Assembly (NCBI GenBank): GCA_002633005.1
Contig: NMRA01000863.1
Span: 23,600-87,599 of the forward strand
Direction: 5' to 3'
DNA from: Phoronis australis
Lineage: Eukaryota; Animalia; Phoronida
Length of the DNA: 64,000 nucleotides
In this document: in pieces, positions 26,111 to 38,600 of the stretch
How the letters are laid out: each line of letters begins with the position of its first letter
How positions within the stretch are numbered: position 1 is the first letter of the stretch
Program-made: the position numbers and the translations under genes
The notes under the pieces: generated by a model
Seen by the model: the letters and a program-made list of their open reading frames with translations, nothing else
What the model was told of the DNA's origin: nothing
The model's database searches: none

Positions 26111-28691
26111 GCAAGTAATCACAGGCCCTCATCCCTGGCCCAGATCGAGTGCTACGACACGTACGAGGCTTATGCTTGTATAGTGTTCAGACAGTGCTCG
26201 TTTCGTCATGGCAATGGTGAATACGAGTGACCCGGGTTTACTGGGGCATTTGTCAGTGATTATTAAGTGTCAGTTTCGCATGTTACTTGTCCAGTTCTTG
26301 CTCAGAAACGTCCTCATCTTCTGACCTGCTGAGTTTCGCTATTCCAGTTGATAGTCATATGACCAAGCGTCTTCCACGCATTACTTCACTTGGCGGTAAA
26401 CTTGGAAATAACGATTTTTTCATCAAAATTAAAAAAATCTACACTATTTGGCATAAAAGGTGCTCCTTTTGTTAGATTTTATGGCATTCATTTCATATTC
26501 GCTCACTGACACCTCAAACTGAAAACTATGAAGATGCATGTTGGGAACTCTAAGTTGCTGATGATTTCGATATCAAGTTGTTGTTAACCCAAAGAGAAGT
26601 CCTTCACAGAAATGAAAGGGACCGACTTGATAAAGAGTTTAGAGACCTAATTCGGTTTTCGTTTTTAAGGCAGTTAAATAGAGAGAAATGCCGTTTTAAA
26701 GCAATTGCAATTATTCGTGAAGTTACAGAACGCAAAATTTACGTAGCGTGTATGACATCCTTCCTTCACCCGGTGAGGCCTGCAATTTCGCGTTTGGGAT
26801 TGTGTCTTGAGTAATACGAACTCCTCACGAATAATCTTGGACAAATTGTCGGAAAACGATTCTAGCACGATCTGAAATACATGTATGTCAGTCCATGATA
26901 CGTTTTCGTGAGAACTGAATTTTGTCCGAGAAACCTCAATACTCAAGCGATTCTGTAGCCTTATTGACGAAAGTTCGCATAAAATAACGTAGCTGGCTTT
27001 TGCGCTTTTGACATACATGTAATGCGTCTGTAAATTTGTTTTTTGTGCGTAGTAAATATTTGGCAGAGATTGCTATTTACTGCAAAATATTAGGAAAACA
27101 ATATAAATTTAGAATATTATATCAGACAATCGTTCTGACATCACTTCGAATTGCACGCCACAATCTCTGAGTCATCCACGACGAATCTTCCATCAAGTAC
27201 GTGCAAGGACAACAAAAAAATACCGGCGAGTATGATATCAAGCATTCAATTGCGAGTCGAATAATCGATCAATCGTTTGAAGAAAAATCAGATCTGGCGA
27301 TCATAATGTCATTTGTAAGAATCACGTGGATTTCGTGGTCTGTACATGGAGTTGTGGTCGTTATTCGTACGTATGATGTTGTGGTTCGTACAGTTACCGG
27401 TGGAGGCCATTTACACAACACAAAATAACACCAAAGGCTTATTCACAAATGGGTCTAGTGAATATATTAAAGTCCAGTCTCCCTGCCTGCTTTGTGGGAC
27501 TGGTTGACAATCAATGGGGAGTCGTCGGAACCACGTCGACGTTCTGGTACGGCCCAAGGAACTAATGTGTCTGTTGCTCTGTGATAGGGGGATTATACCG
27601 GAGCGCCAAGGGCGGCGTTACACATCTTACTGATCAATTTGTAAGCCACCTACATGTATAACCGCAGGAAAGTCTGAAGTACATGTAGTAAAGTGGGGGC
27701 AAATATCAAATTAAAAGGACAGACAAAGCTAGCGTAACGAATAGCTCGTAGTTTTTTAATGTATAAAATTATTGTTCTTCAACTGAAGTGAAAGGCGTCA
27801 GTGAAATACATCAATCTAACGTCTTCTCTGTCGTAGCTACCCCCACTCCTGTAAACATTGACTGCACACTTTTATCAGTGCATGCATCGTCTGTCCATAG
27901 CCCTGCCACCCGACGTATGTAGGTGCACTGATACGCGTAAAATGTAACAATTTACGTCATTGTTACATTTTACGTTGCTAGGCCTCTCCTAAAATTACAA
28001 AAATGATTACACGGTGGATATCCTCAAATTTAGATGAAAGTCGAGAGTAAAATAGTGCGGTCTGAATCAAGTTAATTTCTTCTTAGCAAACTACAGATGG
28101 ATATATATTGATATCTACAAACAATACAGTGCTGAGAAATTTAATTTGATTGCGTTTTGAAAAATTGCTTCCCAGTTTTTTTTGTTATTGAAAAAAAAAC
28201 AACAATGAAAAGGATGCATTTTCTTTTTTACAGCCCATTAGAATAGTTTAATTGATATTACACCATCGGTTTGTGATTCTTTCTTATCGCGTCTTACGGA
28301 ACTGCTGTGTCTAAAAATCGTTTTAATTGTGTAACCGTTGTAAGTAATGATATTAACGGTTTTGTAGGACCCTCGGAAATTGGTCAAATTTGGCAAATGT
28401 TGGAACATAATACTTTAGAAATGGCTGGTCGAAATTCACATGAAACTTTTAGATGTCATATATGATATGGCAGTTTAGAGTGTCCGGCAAGTTTTTGGCA
28501 TTTTCAATCATGAGGAGTCTCGATATTACTCGTGACGAATGCAAAGGTTCCGTGCATCATGCCTCTGACTGGTGTTTCACTTCCGTTTACTTATCGTCGA
28601 CTAGCTCTTCTAGTTCTGTCCAGTTATTCTATCGCTGACAGGTTGTCGTCACGTATAAAAGCAGAATTGTTCCAAAAAACGATGTACTTAC

Positions 28692-28754
28692 CAACTTGTC
28701 GCAATTAACTTGTTGTCAGTCTATAGGAACTAACTGTTGTTGATCATTTATATA
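28692..28754 (-). promoter_or_regulatory. TATA box + short non-coding exon 1 of paralog 2
   Basis: Minus-strand TATATAAA (28754-28747), ~55 nt, GCGACAAGTTG|GTAAGTA. Homologous to 15164-15223 with conserved flanks on both sides. Confidence 0.6.
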
Positions 28755-31700
28755 TTAATTTATTAAACAGCGAATATCCCGCATTGGAGCGAACTGATTG
28801 AGTTTGAACCTTCTCGTATCCTGTGTGGGTAGTGGAAAAAATGCATAACAATTCAAAACGGACGTATCAACAGGGTACTTAACACTGAGTTCCCGTATCG
28901 AAGTCTAAATTTATCGATTTGTAAAACAAAATTTTTATGTAGACGAGGTATTTCTCTCTATAGTTTTCGCTCACACGTTAAACGCGAGAGCGAACGTGCG
29001 ATGTCTCGATGGTTCCCTGCATGCCGCTAGGTGGTCAGCCAGCAGGCTGGCTGGGGAACCAGCGAGCGTGTGCAGGTGTGATGTCAGCATTTTTGTTTAC
29101 TACGCAACATTGTAGATCTACAGACTCTGCCGTCGACCCGGAGAAAGGTGATCGCGCAAGTGCACAACTTGTAGTTCACTGTCGATTTATCGCAAGGTCG
29201 TTAAATTTGTCCAATTCTTAGTGCTATTAAAAATTTAGACTTACTCGCCCGCTTGAATGTTTGAAATGCGATCTTTGACCTGAGGGCTTGATCGTCGTGT
29301 TGCTGGTTTATCGGAGTAGTATACAATGTAGACCGGGATACCAGAGGTTTTTGGGCAGAAAGCCTTCATGTTCTTCTGTCTACATCGATTCAAGGGTTTT
29401 AACTGAATAGTTTTTTTTTCAGTTTTAACAAGAGCTCCATTTGTGTCTATCTCAGGTGAGAGAAGTTTTCAAAGGTCAAAACCTATCCCCTCTGCGACAA
29501 TTACGAGTATGCGCACGAACAAATATCGAGGGATCTGCGCTTTTGTTTTCGTTATTTGTCACACCGACGTTTTGTATTTTCCTTGGCATTGTTAGTGTAC
29601 ATTTTTGTACAACGTTCACTAGCGCAATAATCTATTGGCACCGCCGTCGGTTGCTTCAGATTCTCAATGGGGCTATTCGGAAAATTTACATTAACTAGAG
29701 GGCGCGCGTGTACTAGTGGTGATAGATTAACAGCCTCGATTTCGCGAGCCCTTTAAATACATGGTGAAATGGCTTGTACATTTAGGTGTGTAAACTGAAT
29801 CTGAGATTCCGTGAAAAGGGTGCTTCTACGAGAGAAAGTAAGCACGACCTTATACAAAGGTAAGTTTTGTGATTATTTTAACGATTATTCCATGTTTATT
29901 CTACTGATGCCTGTTAACTGAGATACTCGCCGATGTCGACTTCGCGACAGTCGCCAGTCGGGTTGATCATTGTTGTGATGCGTGTTACGATACTTGGCGT
30001 AGCACTCGAGATCTTTTCGTACATCAAAGCCGTATTTATTGTTTGGAATGATTTCAAACAGGTTTATCAGTGACAGTTACATCAATGAATGCTGAATGTT
30101 TAACTCGATATGGGTTAGTGAGATTACAATCCAAGCCCAATGCCATGGCAAAGGGTACGTAAATGTCCATTAGACTATTTGTTTACTATTTGTCTTCCGG
30201 AAATTTATTACACGTTGAAATGAAATTCTAATATGTCTGTTTTCACGTGATCTTTGGTTTTTAGGTTTGAGGTTCTTGTACGGTGCAGAGGAGATATGCA
30301 TCGCTTCTGCAACGAGCCTGAATGGACAAAAATTGGTTTTAAGCAGTTGACTGCGGCTAACCAGCAAGATCTTCCCATCCAGTGTACATGTAGATCTGTT
30401 GTTAAAGCCTACTTTCTTCATCGGAGACAACGAACAAGCTTTGTTACTCCTTTCTCTTCCCACAGCATTTCCACACACCATTAGTGCTGCATGGCGCAAT
30501 GTACATGTCAGAGGCCCAGGTGAAAAGTGAATCTCAGTACGAAGTTACCAATAAGACAACATGTTGTTTGTGTATGAAGAACTATATCTACTGCTACAGT
30601 CAGCCTCGTTGGTGAGGATACCCTTTCAAAGGCACTAAGTCATGTGTGGACAATAGCTTACTTCCTTTCCTGGAAGAAACATGCTGGATTGAAGCTAGAG
30701 AAGACGTAGTGACACTCTGGTCTAGTTCAGGGTCAGATTTTGGGCACGAAACGAGTCGTGTGATATGCGGTTGTGTTTACCTTCAAGGATCTAATTGAGG
30801 CTGAATGAGGTTACCTGGAGGAAAGCCACGTGCCGAAACTGGACCTTTTTTACAAGCGCTTATATAGGCTATTGATCTCTGTGAAATGAAAACCAAATGC
30901 ATCTGGTATAAATAAATGAAATGATTAGCGATTACGCTTGCGAATTGTCGTTAGCATTTGATTTTTTTGTGTGTAATTATTTTTATAGCTTTCTTAAGAC
31001 GACCTTTGAACAATTTTAAGTTTTGTGATAACAACATTGTTAAAAACAATTGTAATTTTCCGACGCAATGGAGTCCATAATCAGGCATATCAAGGGCTGA
31101 ATTTCTGAATTAGGTTCAATTCTCTTAGGTTAATGCTGAAGGATTGCTTTTCAATTTGTCCAAAGGTAAAACAGATGGTCAGGCGGCTGGTTTTAGCAGT
31201 TTTCTCTCACCTGTAACAGAATAGTCAGAGAAATATTATCGAATTATAAAAGAAAACGCAAGACAAAACTACTTTAGTAAGGCAGAATATACTTGACGTT
31301 TCATCTTCATGTTTATATGTAGAAACTAAATCTTTGTACCCAAGTCTTATTTAAGATCTGAATTAAACTATGTGAAACAGGCTAAAAGTGATTTAATAAT
31401 GTGTATTTTTCACAACACCTAAAATAAGCATCTGACCTCAACAAGTAAAATTCATTCTAGGTGTCAATTTTTATTTCAATGCAATGTTATGACGTTTACT
31501 GAATAGCTTATTTATGTTAATTCAGTAACTAATCTGGTAGTCCTGGGGGTGGAGTCCGCTATGAAATAAGGAAACTCACTCATCTAGAGAATTTTATTGG
31601 ACATAGCATAGCTTTGAAGAGAAACTGCTGTGAAACAGGCACCCCTGACTTCTGAGCGTCACGTACCACACACCTCTTATATGAGGCGCATTCCCACCCT

Positions 31701-31881
31701 TGGAGGACAATATGTGAGTATGTGCTGTTAGCCTACCCGGCATCCGAGTCCTGGGTGAGTTTCCGAAAAGAAACACTTAGTTCCATTCAATAAACCCGTT
31801 ATTCAGTGGGGTAACTGGTGGGGATAACATCACCGAACGATGTCGATAGAAACTTGATTGATAAAAACTCACCAAGTAACC

Positions 31882-32055
31882 TTATGTAGTCTCCCAAAGG
31901 GGCTTCGGCATCCACACACTTTTTCTCAGTTGGTTGACCCTTTTGACCGCAATGCTCCACGAATGTAGTAACCTTAGGTCTTTTAGTAATTTACGGTGAC
32001 CACCTGTCGAAGACTTGCACCAGGGAAAATAGCAATAATAAGGCTTTGCGCGACG
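31882..32055 (-). pseudogene. THAP-like remnant
   Basis: YCYFPWCKSS...KDLRLLHSWSIAVKRVN...WMP resembles the THAP N-terminal half; the C-terminal CxxHF is not seen. Confidence 0.5.
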
Positions 32056-32098
32056 ACGTATTTTGATAACAATCCGTCTTTTTACCAGCTGTTTTACC

Positions 32099-33194
32099 AA
32101 CTTCCAAGTATGCATACTGTGGCGGAATTAAGAAATACGATTATGGCAGAGCCACAAAGTGTGCTAAAATGGTAGAAAATTAGGCATAACATTTCTGTAG
32201 CAGATAAAAGGTTGATTGGCGCATGAGAAGGCCGATGTCTTCAATGCTCAGAAAAATTTCGGCAGGCAAGAGACTTGCCAAGAAAACGGCACAGTTGAGT
32301 CCGGGCATTCTAAAGGAAAGAACTGCAGCCAATTCCAATTATTCGGTGCAACTGCTCTCCCCCGACGGTGTTGTTTCACGATACGCAACCTCAAGCAACG
32401 TCTAAGAAACGAAACGCGGAGGGTGAGATATTACAGAGTATTAATATTTATTCTTGGATACAGGTGTCCACCTCAAAATGAATTTCCCACGGTCATTCTT
32501 TATGCCGATAGCAATGCTTTCGTCAACTGAAGAAGAACAGGAATCATAGAAATCCCGCGCGCTCCGTCTATGGTTCTGACACTTCAAACTTTTGTCAACA
32601 CGATAGGTAGCCGCAGAAACTTCGATGTTGACCTCATTCTATCTAATCTCTGCAATCCACTGTCAGGGGACGAAAACAATTCAAAGTCCGCTCCTCGAAA
32701 TAGGGCTTGCTTAGCTGGAATTCAGAACTGCGGTCATGAGAGTGTTTTCACCTCCTGATTGTGAAGCGATCGAGATAGCAGTGGTATCTTCATCAGCGCG
32801 TGCTCTCAGCGGGAGGTCACCGCTTTATTCACTCAAGCGCTCGACCAACAACTGACGAGAGTCTCAGAACTCCCACATCAAATTTGATATGGAAATGAGG
32901 GAGTACTTGTCTACTGCGCCATCTATACATCGACGGAAAAGCTTAAATAACCGTGACTGCGTGTGGGAAGTTGCGATTGCGTGCGCTGAAGTCGATATTT
33001 TCAAATTACAATTACACCACTGTTTAACGTTGCAAAGTGATTTTTTTTGATATCTTTCTATAGAAAAAGCTTTAATCTCTCTGATAAAATCATCTGTTTC
33101 CTTTTAAACGAAACTGAAGTCCTGAAATTAGTCCGGGGAATGAGGCCAAAAACGGCGGTTTAGCTAGTTGTCCCTTCCTGGTTATCTCTTCCTG
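32099..33194. mobile_element. P-element-like copy 2, truncated (one TIR)
   Basis: Reverse complement of 16445-17538. Ends CTAGTTGTCCCTTCCTGGTTATCTCTTCCTG, followed by ATAAAAC. Confidence 0.85.
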
Positions 33195-35610
33195 ATAAAA
33201 CCCATAGGCCTATGCTGATGTCAAAACTTTGATACTGAATCTTTGTCTTTTACCGGGTTGTATCAAGTTAGCTGACATTTAGTGGCGCGTGAGTTAAAAA
33301 CACTACATTTAGTACTCTAGGCCTATAGGCAGACATTCAGAGTTCATCAGTGAACGGGACGAGACGTCTACTCATAAATCGGCAAAAAATCTGGAATATC
33401 ATTCGGGGATTGAGGAATTATCGATGACTAAACTATTATGTGAAATCTGACAGGGAAGCAAATTGTTTTCATTAACTTTCCTAACCGTACACACCGTTGC
33501 ACACGCACTTCGTCTTCAATCACGGCAATATCCCCACCCCACAGCTGCTTTGACCCTTGTAATGACTCGTCGACATGGGATTAACATTCGCCAGTTGCCA
33601 GGAATCGTAGTAAGAAGGACTTTAAAAATTGGCGGCAATGAAGTGCAGTGAGTATGAAGTTTGAGTCTTAGTATGATTCGAGTCTGAGTACGGAGATTGG
33701 AGACCGGGGCCAGGTAAACCAGAAGCACATGTCTTGGATTATACAAATTTTTAAAATTATAACTTTAATAAGATACTGAGAATTTGTAATATATTTTTTC
33801 TCGTCTTAATAATTGAAAACGGCAGCTAAATATAAAAATCTCTTCTGCATACAAACTATCCCAGAAGCAACAGAGAGGAACTCGTGGGGGCATGCGCATT
33901 GAGATTTGCACATTCGCTATTGGACGTTTTGTTGTATTTAGACGTATGAGCACACGGGATTTCGAACATTCAACGTTTCATCGTTGTAGTTTGTCCTCTT
34001 TGTATTTCAATGACACCGAAGCAGATGTGACAGGAAAGGTCTGATTTAATTTTAGAATCGCATCAACTTCGACAGACAAAGCGATTTGTTATTTTTCACA
34101 CGCATATTTTTCAGTCATTCAATTCAAATTTTCAGGAAACCCTTGCCTGTTTGAAGCAGCTGTTTGTTCAAAACCATTCTATCCGGTATATCGTTTGCCT
34201 AATTTTGGTCAAATTTCTAGAAACGTGACGTGGGTGAGTTTTTTCATGGCTTCTGCCGTGCGCCAAATAGCACATTTTGGCGAAAGACATTTTAGTCCAC
34301 AGGTGCATGTTGATTGTATGGAAACGCTTTTGAGTAACCTCAAAGAGTATAGCTAGTTCAGAATCTTGATAATATATACCAAGTTAAGTAATGCATAAAA
34401 TGCCCTAATGTTTACCTCCTTCATAATATCAAATTAAAAAGCTTTTTGAGACCGATTTTGTACCTCGGCTGAGATCAGAAAATCATTGAATTTTCCCGTC
34501 TATTTTCGTGACGCGAGTTCACTGTGCATCAGTTGAGGAACGACTCCTCAATGACGGCCATGTCCTTGAAAACGTAATAGTGTCATCGTGAACTTAAAAG
34601 CTGTGTTATATTGTTTGATTGTTTTTGATTCTCATGTTGGTTCTTTTGATACAAACTTAATTATTTAGTTTCTAAATTTTATCTGCTCTTTGCATAACAC
34701 AATTGGTATTTAATATTATCAGATATCTGTGAATACGTCGCATATCTCGGCGCAGACAAAACTACCGCGAGGTGCCCTGACTCATCGTGAGTGTACGTCA
34801 AATTGCAGCAACAGTACCCCTTCTGGTAATGGATTAGAAGAAAAAATTTCTAGATCGGCAAACGTCTGCACATCGGTGTAATTATTATTCCCTGGTATAA
34901 TCTGAAGTAGAAAATTCCAATAACCTTTCGGGAAATTGGGTCTGTGCAAATGCATATTTCGACCTCTGACTTCAGACCGACGAAGCAGTGCCAAAGATAC
35001 TCTTTGACAGTGCTGATCGAAATCTCAGTTAACTAGTTTAGATCTATGAAAGTTCATCAAATTTAGCTGAGTGAGCCTTTTGGAGGTATTTAGTGTAGAC
35101 CTACAGGATGAACTACGGCTGACAAAAAGTCAGCTCCATTACAAGCCCAGACTCAATGCTTTGTAATGCAGTGATTTAATGGCACGCGGGTGAGTGGCCC
35201 CCAGACAGATGATCGTCTTGTCGGTTTATAAACAACTAAAAAATAGGTTCTATGCAATTTTAAAGGTTAATGGCTGTATATTCCCCTGTAGCATAAAGGA
35301 AATATTTTCAAAACTTTATAAAATGTCTAAATGTCAGTGATTATCTTTTTGACTGAACCGACAACACCTCACAGGCCTTAGCACTCCTTGAGAATTTCAG
35401 CCAAAGCATTAGGAATTTTGTCAGCGAAATGATGGGTCACGGGTTTATACTGCATTATGTTAGCAATATTTTGAAACCTCGTTAGTATTTAAAATTTCGA
35501 ATTATATTCTGAAAATTTCCCAGCTTCCATAAGGCAGCGTGCTTTTGCTTACATATCGCCCATCACCAATATGGCGGATCGTGTGTCACGCGCTGCCTGG
35601 TCGTCTCATT

Positions 35611-38600
35611 CACAGGCGCTTGGGTTTATCGCAAATGACGTCTTTTATGAGAAAACATAAAGGTTGGACACTCGAAATCTGTTTGCTCAGAATTTTCTAC
35701 TCAAATGTGCATGGAACTCCACGAAACTAGCATCGGACAACTCTTAGAATACTTTCTTTCATTCGATCTCTTCAAATTGCCTTCGAGTGGTGATTTGGCG
35801 ACAAAAATGACAAAAGAATGCCAAAATCACAAATTCAAGGACGTGATTCCGTGATGTCGTGGCAGCATAGATATTAGTAAAGAGATTCGCGACTCCGTGA
35901 AGTCTCGCGGCCTAACGCAAAAGAACGTGAGCAGTATTCAAAACTTCCGGTTTCATGGCTAAGCATAGTAACGAAGGTGAACTTTCGTTTTTATTTCACG
36001 CACGTCAAGCAAATTTTTGAGTTTGAAATTAATTTGTTGTGTTTAATGCAAACTAAATCGCGTATGCGAGCCATTCAAGTCGGATTATTGGTACGAAACG
36101 TGTCGGAATTAACTTCAGTTGACAAGTTGTTGACCGGCCCGCTTGCTAGTTGCTGGCACAGTTCAACACACGAATCGAGGAGTTTGGCCCAATGAAAAGA
36201 TTGAGCTAAATGGATAATTCTTTTCACCAGTTGAATTGTCAGTCATTTACGATGAAATTTAGTTTGAATTTTGTGATTTTGTATGAATTTTGGATCGACC
36301 TAAATGCAGTTTCTCATTCGTCACTATGTTTACTATACATAAACCATGGTTTACCAATATATCCAAAATTCAGCAAGAGCGAAATTTTGCCATTTTTCAT
36401 GATTTTCAGAAGCTCATATATATTAGCATGATGAAAAGTGGTGGAAAATGAAAAGTATGCCATCGAAATATTTAAACTGTCTTCTTTATATTGATATTCG
36501 TTTCAAGAAATGGGGGCATTCATGAATATTTTTAAAAATCGAAGTACTGCAGCACTTGAGAAGGGGATAAATTCTTAGTAGCTAAATGGCCGTTACTGAA
36601 CCGATTTTAATGATATGTATATCCAGGGGCAGATCCAGGATTTTGTGTTAGGGGAGGACCAGAGCAGAGTATTAGCCAGGATTTTGTCATTCAGACATTG
36701 GCACTCCCAATCTGCCAAATGAAATCTGGGGGAATTTTAGGGGGGTGTAGCCCTCTTGGCCCCCCCCTCTAAATCCGCTATTGATGTCAAACTGCTGAAA
36801 ACACCTGCCTTAATTGTACACTTTTATTTGTTTTTTTTTTTTGATAAAAGTATGGGAAAATGTAGTTTTTTTAATTTAATGCCTTTTCAATTTCTAACCT
36901 GGAAAAATCCTGCAAGTGTACTCTTCCAAAAAGAAGGTAAATTCAGTCATTTTCAAGAACCATGCAGACCTTTCCAGGGTTAAAACTGAACTCAAATTTG
37001 ATTGGTCAAATGGATTAAACAGAACCAGTCAAAACTTTCCTAAATTACATAAAGTGACCCAAATTGGTGAAATATTTTCATTATAACAGTACAGAATATT
37101 TTTAAAATTCAATTTAACTTCAGTTTTGGTGATAGATTCAGTGTATTTTCTTCAAAAATAATTTTGCTACATGTTTTCTACCTTGTGGTGCTGTGATCAG
37201 TTTCATTTTTAAAAAATTAATATATTTTGTATTAAAATAATTGTTTATTCAAGGCTGCAGTACATCAAAACCGTTTAGAATACGAGTATGCTCTTTTTGG
37301 ATGGTCACTAACACAACGCATCTCAATTCTTATATTATTTGACAGGAATGAATTTGATTTAAATTTCATTGAAATTTTATTGTCCAATTTAATTTTGTTT
37401 AATTAAAAATGCACATGATCATTTTTATCATATGGTGCGTAACTTAACTGATTGTGAAAACATTGATCTCACTTGGGGAAAAAAGAATAAGTCGTATAAC
37501 CTCAAAGATTTTTAAATAAATGACAAAATACTCTGAAAAAACTAGGTTTCTGGTTTTTGCTATTTTTGAAATCATTTGTCACACCAATTTCATTTTTAGA
37601 ATTGTTTTGAAATATTTTGGAACAAAAGAAATATTTTCACCGAACCATGGTAATTCTTGAAGTGTTTTGTCGTTTTAAAAGTGGTTTGGAGACGATATGT
37701 TGTTAACCTACATGTAAAGGACTCTATCTTGTTTTAGCAACACAGTAAGCTATGGATTCCCAAATATAGTTGTCTAAACTTGATATTTTTATGGCCTGAA
37801 ATTTTTGGGTGCTATTTGCTGAAAAAAGGGCTATTTTTGAGGCTGCAAAAATTAAAAAACTCGAAAATATATTTCAAAAATATATGTAAATGGCTAAAGC
37901 TACCATTTTAGACTATTGAAGTGTTTCTGATGAAATTTGTATTTTGCTTTGCTCTGACAGCTCTATTTTGTAAAACATAGTATGCAAAGGGAGTTTTTGT
38001 ATTCGTTCTTAGAAATGTATGCAACACTTCATGTAATGTTGTTCTGTTTTTTTTCCTGTTGGTTATTGTAAAAATCCCATTGCATATTCGTGTTGTCATT
38101 TTTCACTTACCGGTACCAATTGTAAAGTAATGCAGGGGAATCCCAGACCCCTGTTTCTTACTCATTGGAACTGGGAAAATAAAAAAAAATGAAAAATGTC
38201 TATTTTGTGTGTTCTGTTCTATCTGATAACCATTAAAAATAAGGCTGACAGAACACCTTTCATAACCCGAGTCATTACCTCTCATGTTCTCTATTTCAAA
38301 TTTTGTGGTATTTTGTTTCAGTTGGTGGTTTCATTTCATGTTATAACTTTTTTCTTCTGCAGGCAAAAATATAACACTTAAAACTGAATTCCCTTCACTG
38401 TGTATAGAGTGCAAAAACTTAATTTATAAAAAATAATACTATACAAGTTTCCTTTCGAACATTGAATATCTGTTGGGGTCACAAAACCCTGAAGAAAATT
38501 ACAGTGCCAATTGGTCCATCCAAATTTTGACGTTTTCAATGCAATCGCTGGTTATCTCCACTACTCAATAGTGGCATTGATTCTGTTGTGGCAATTAAGC

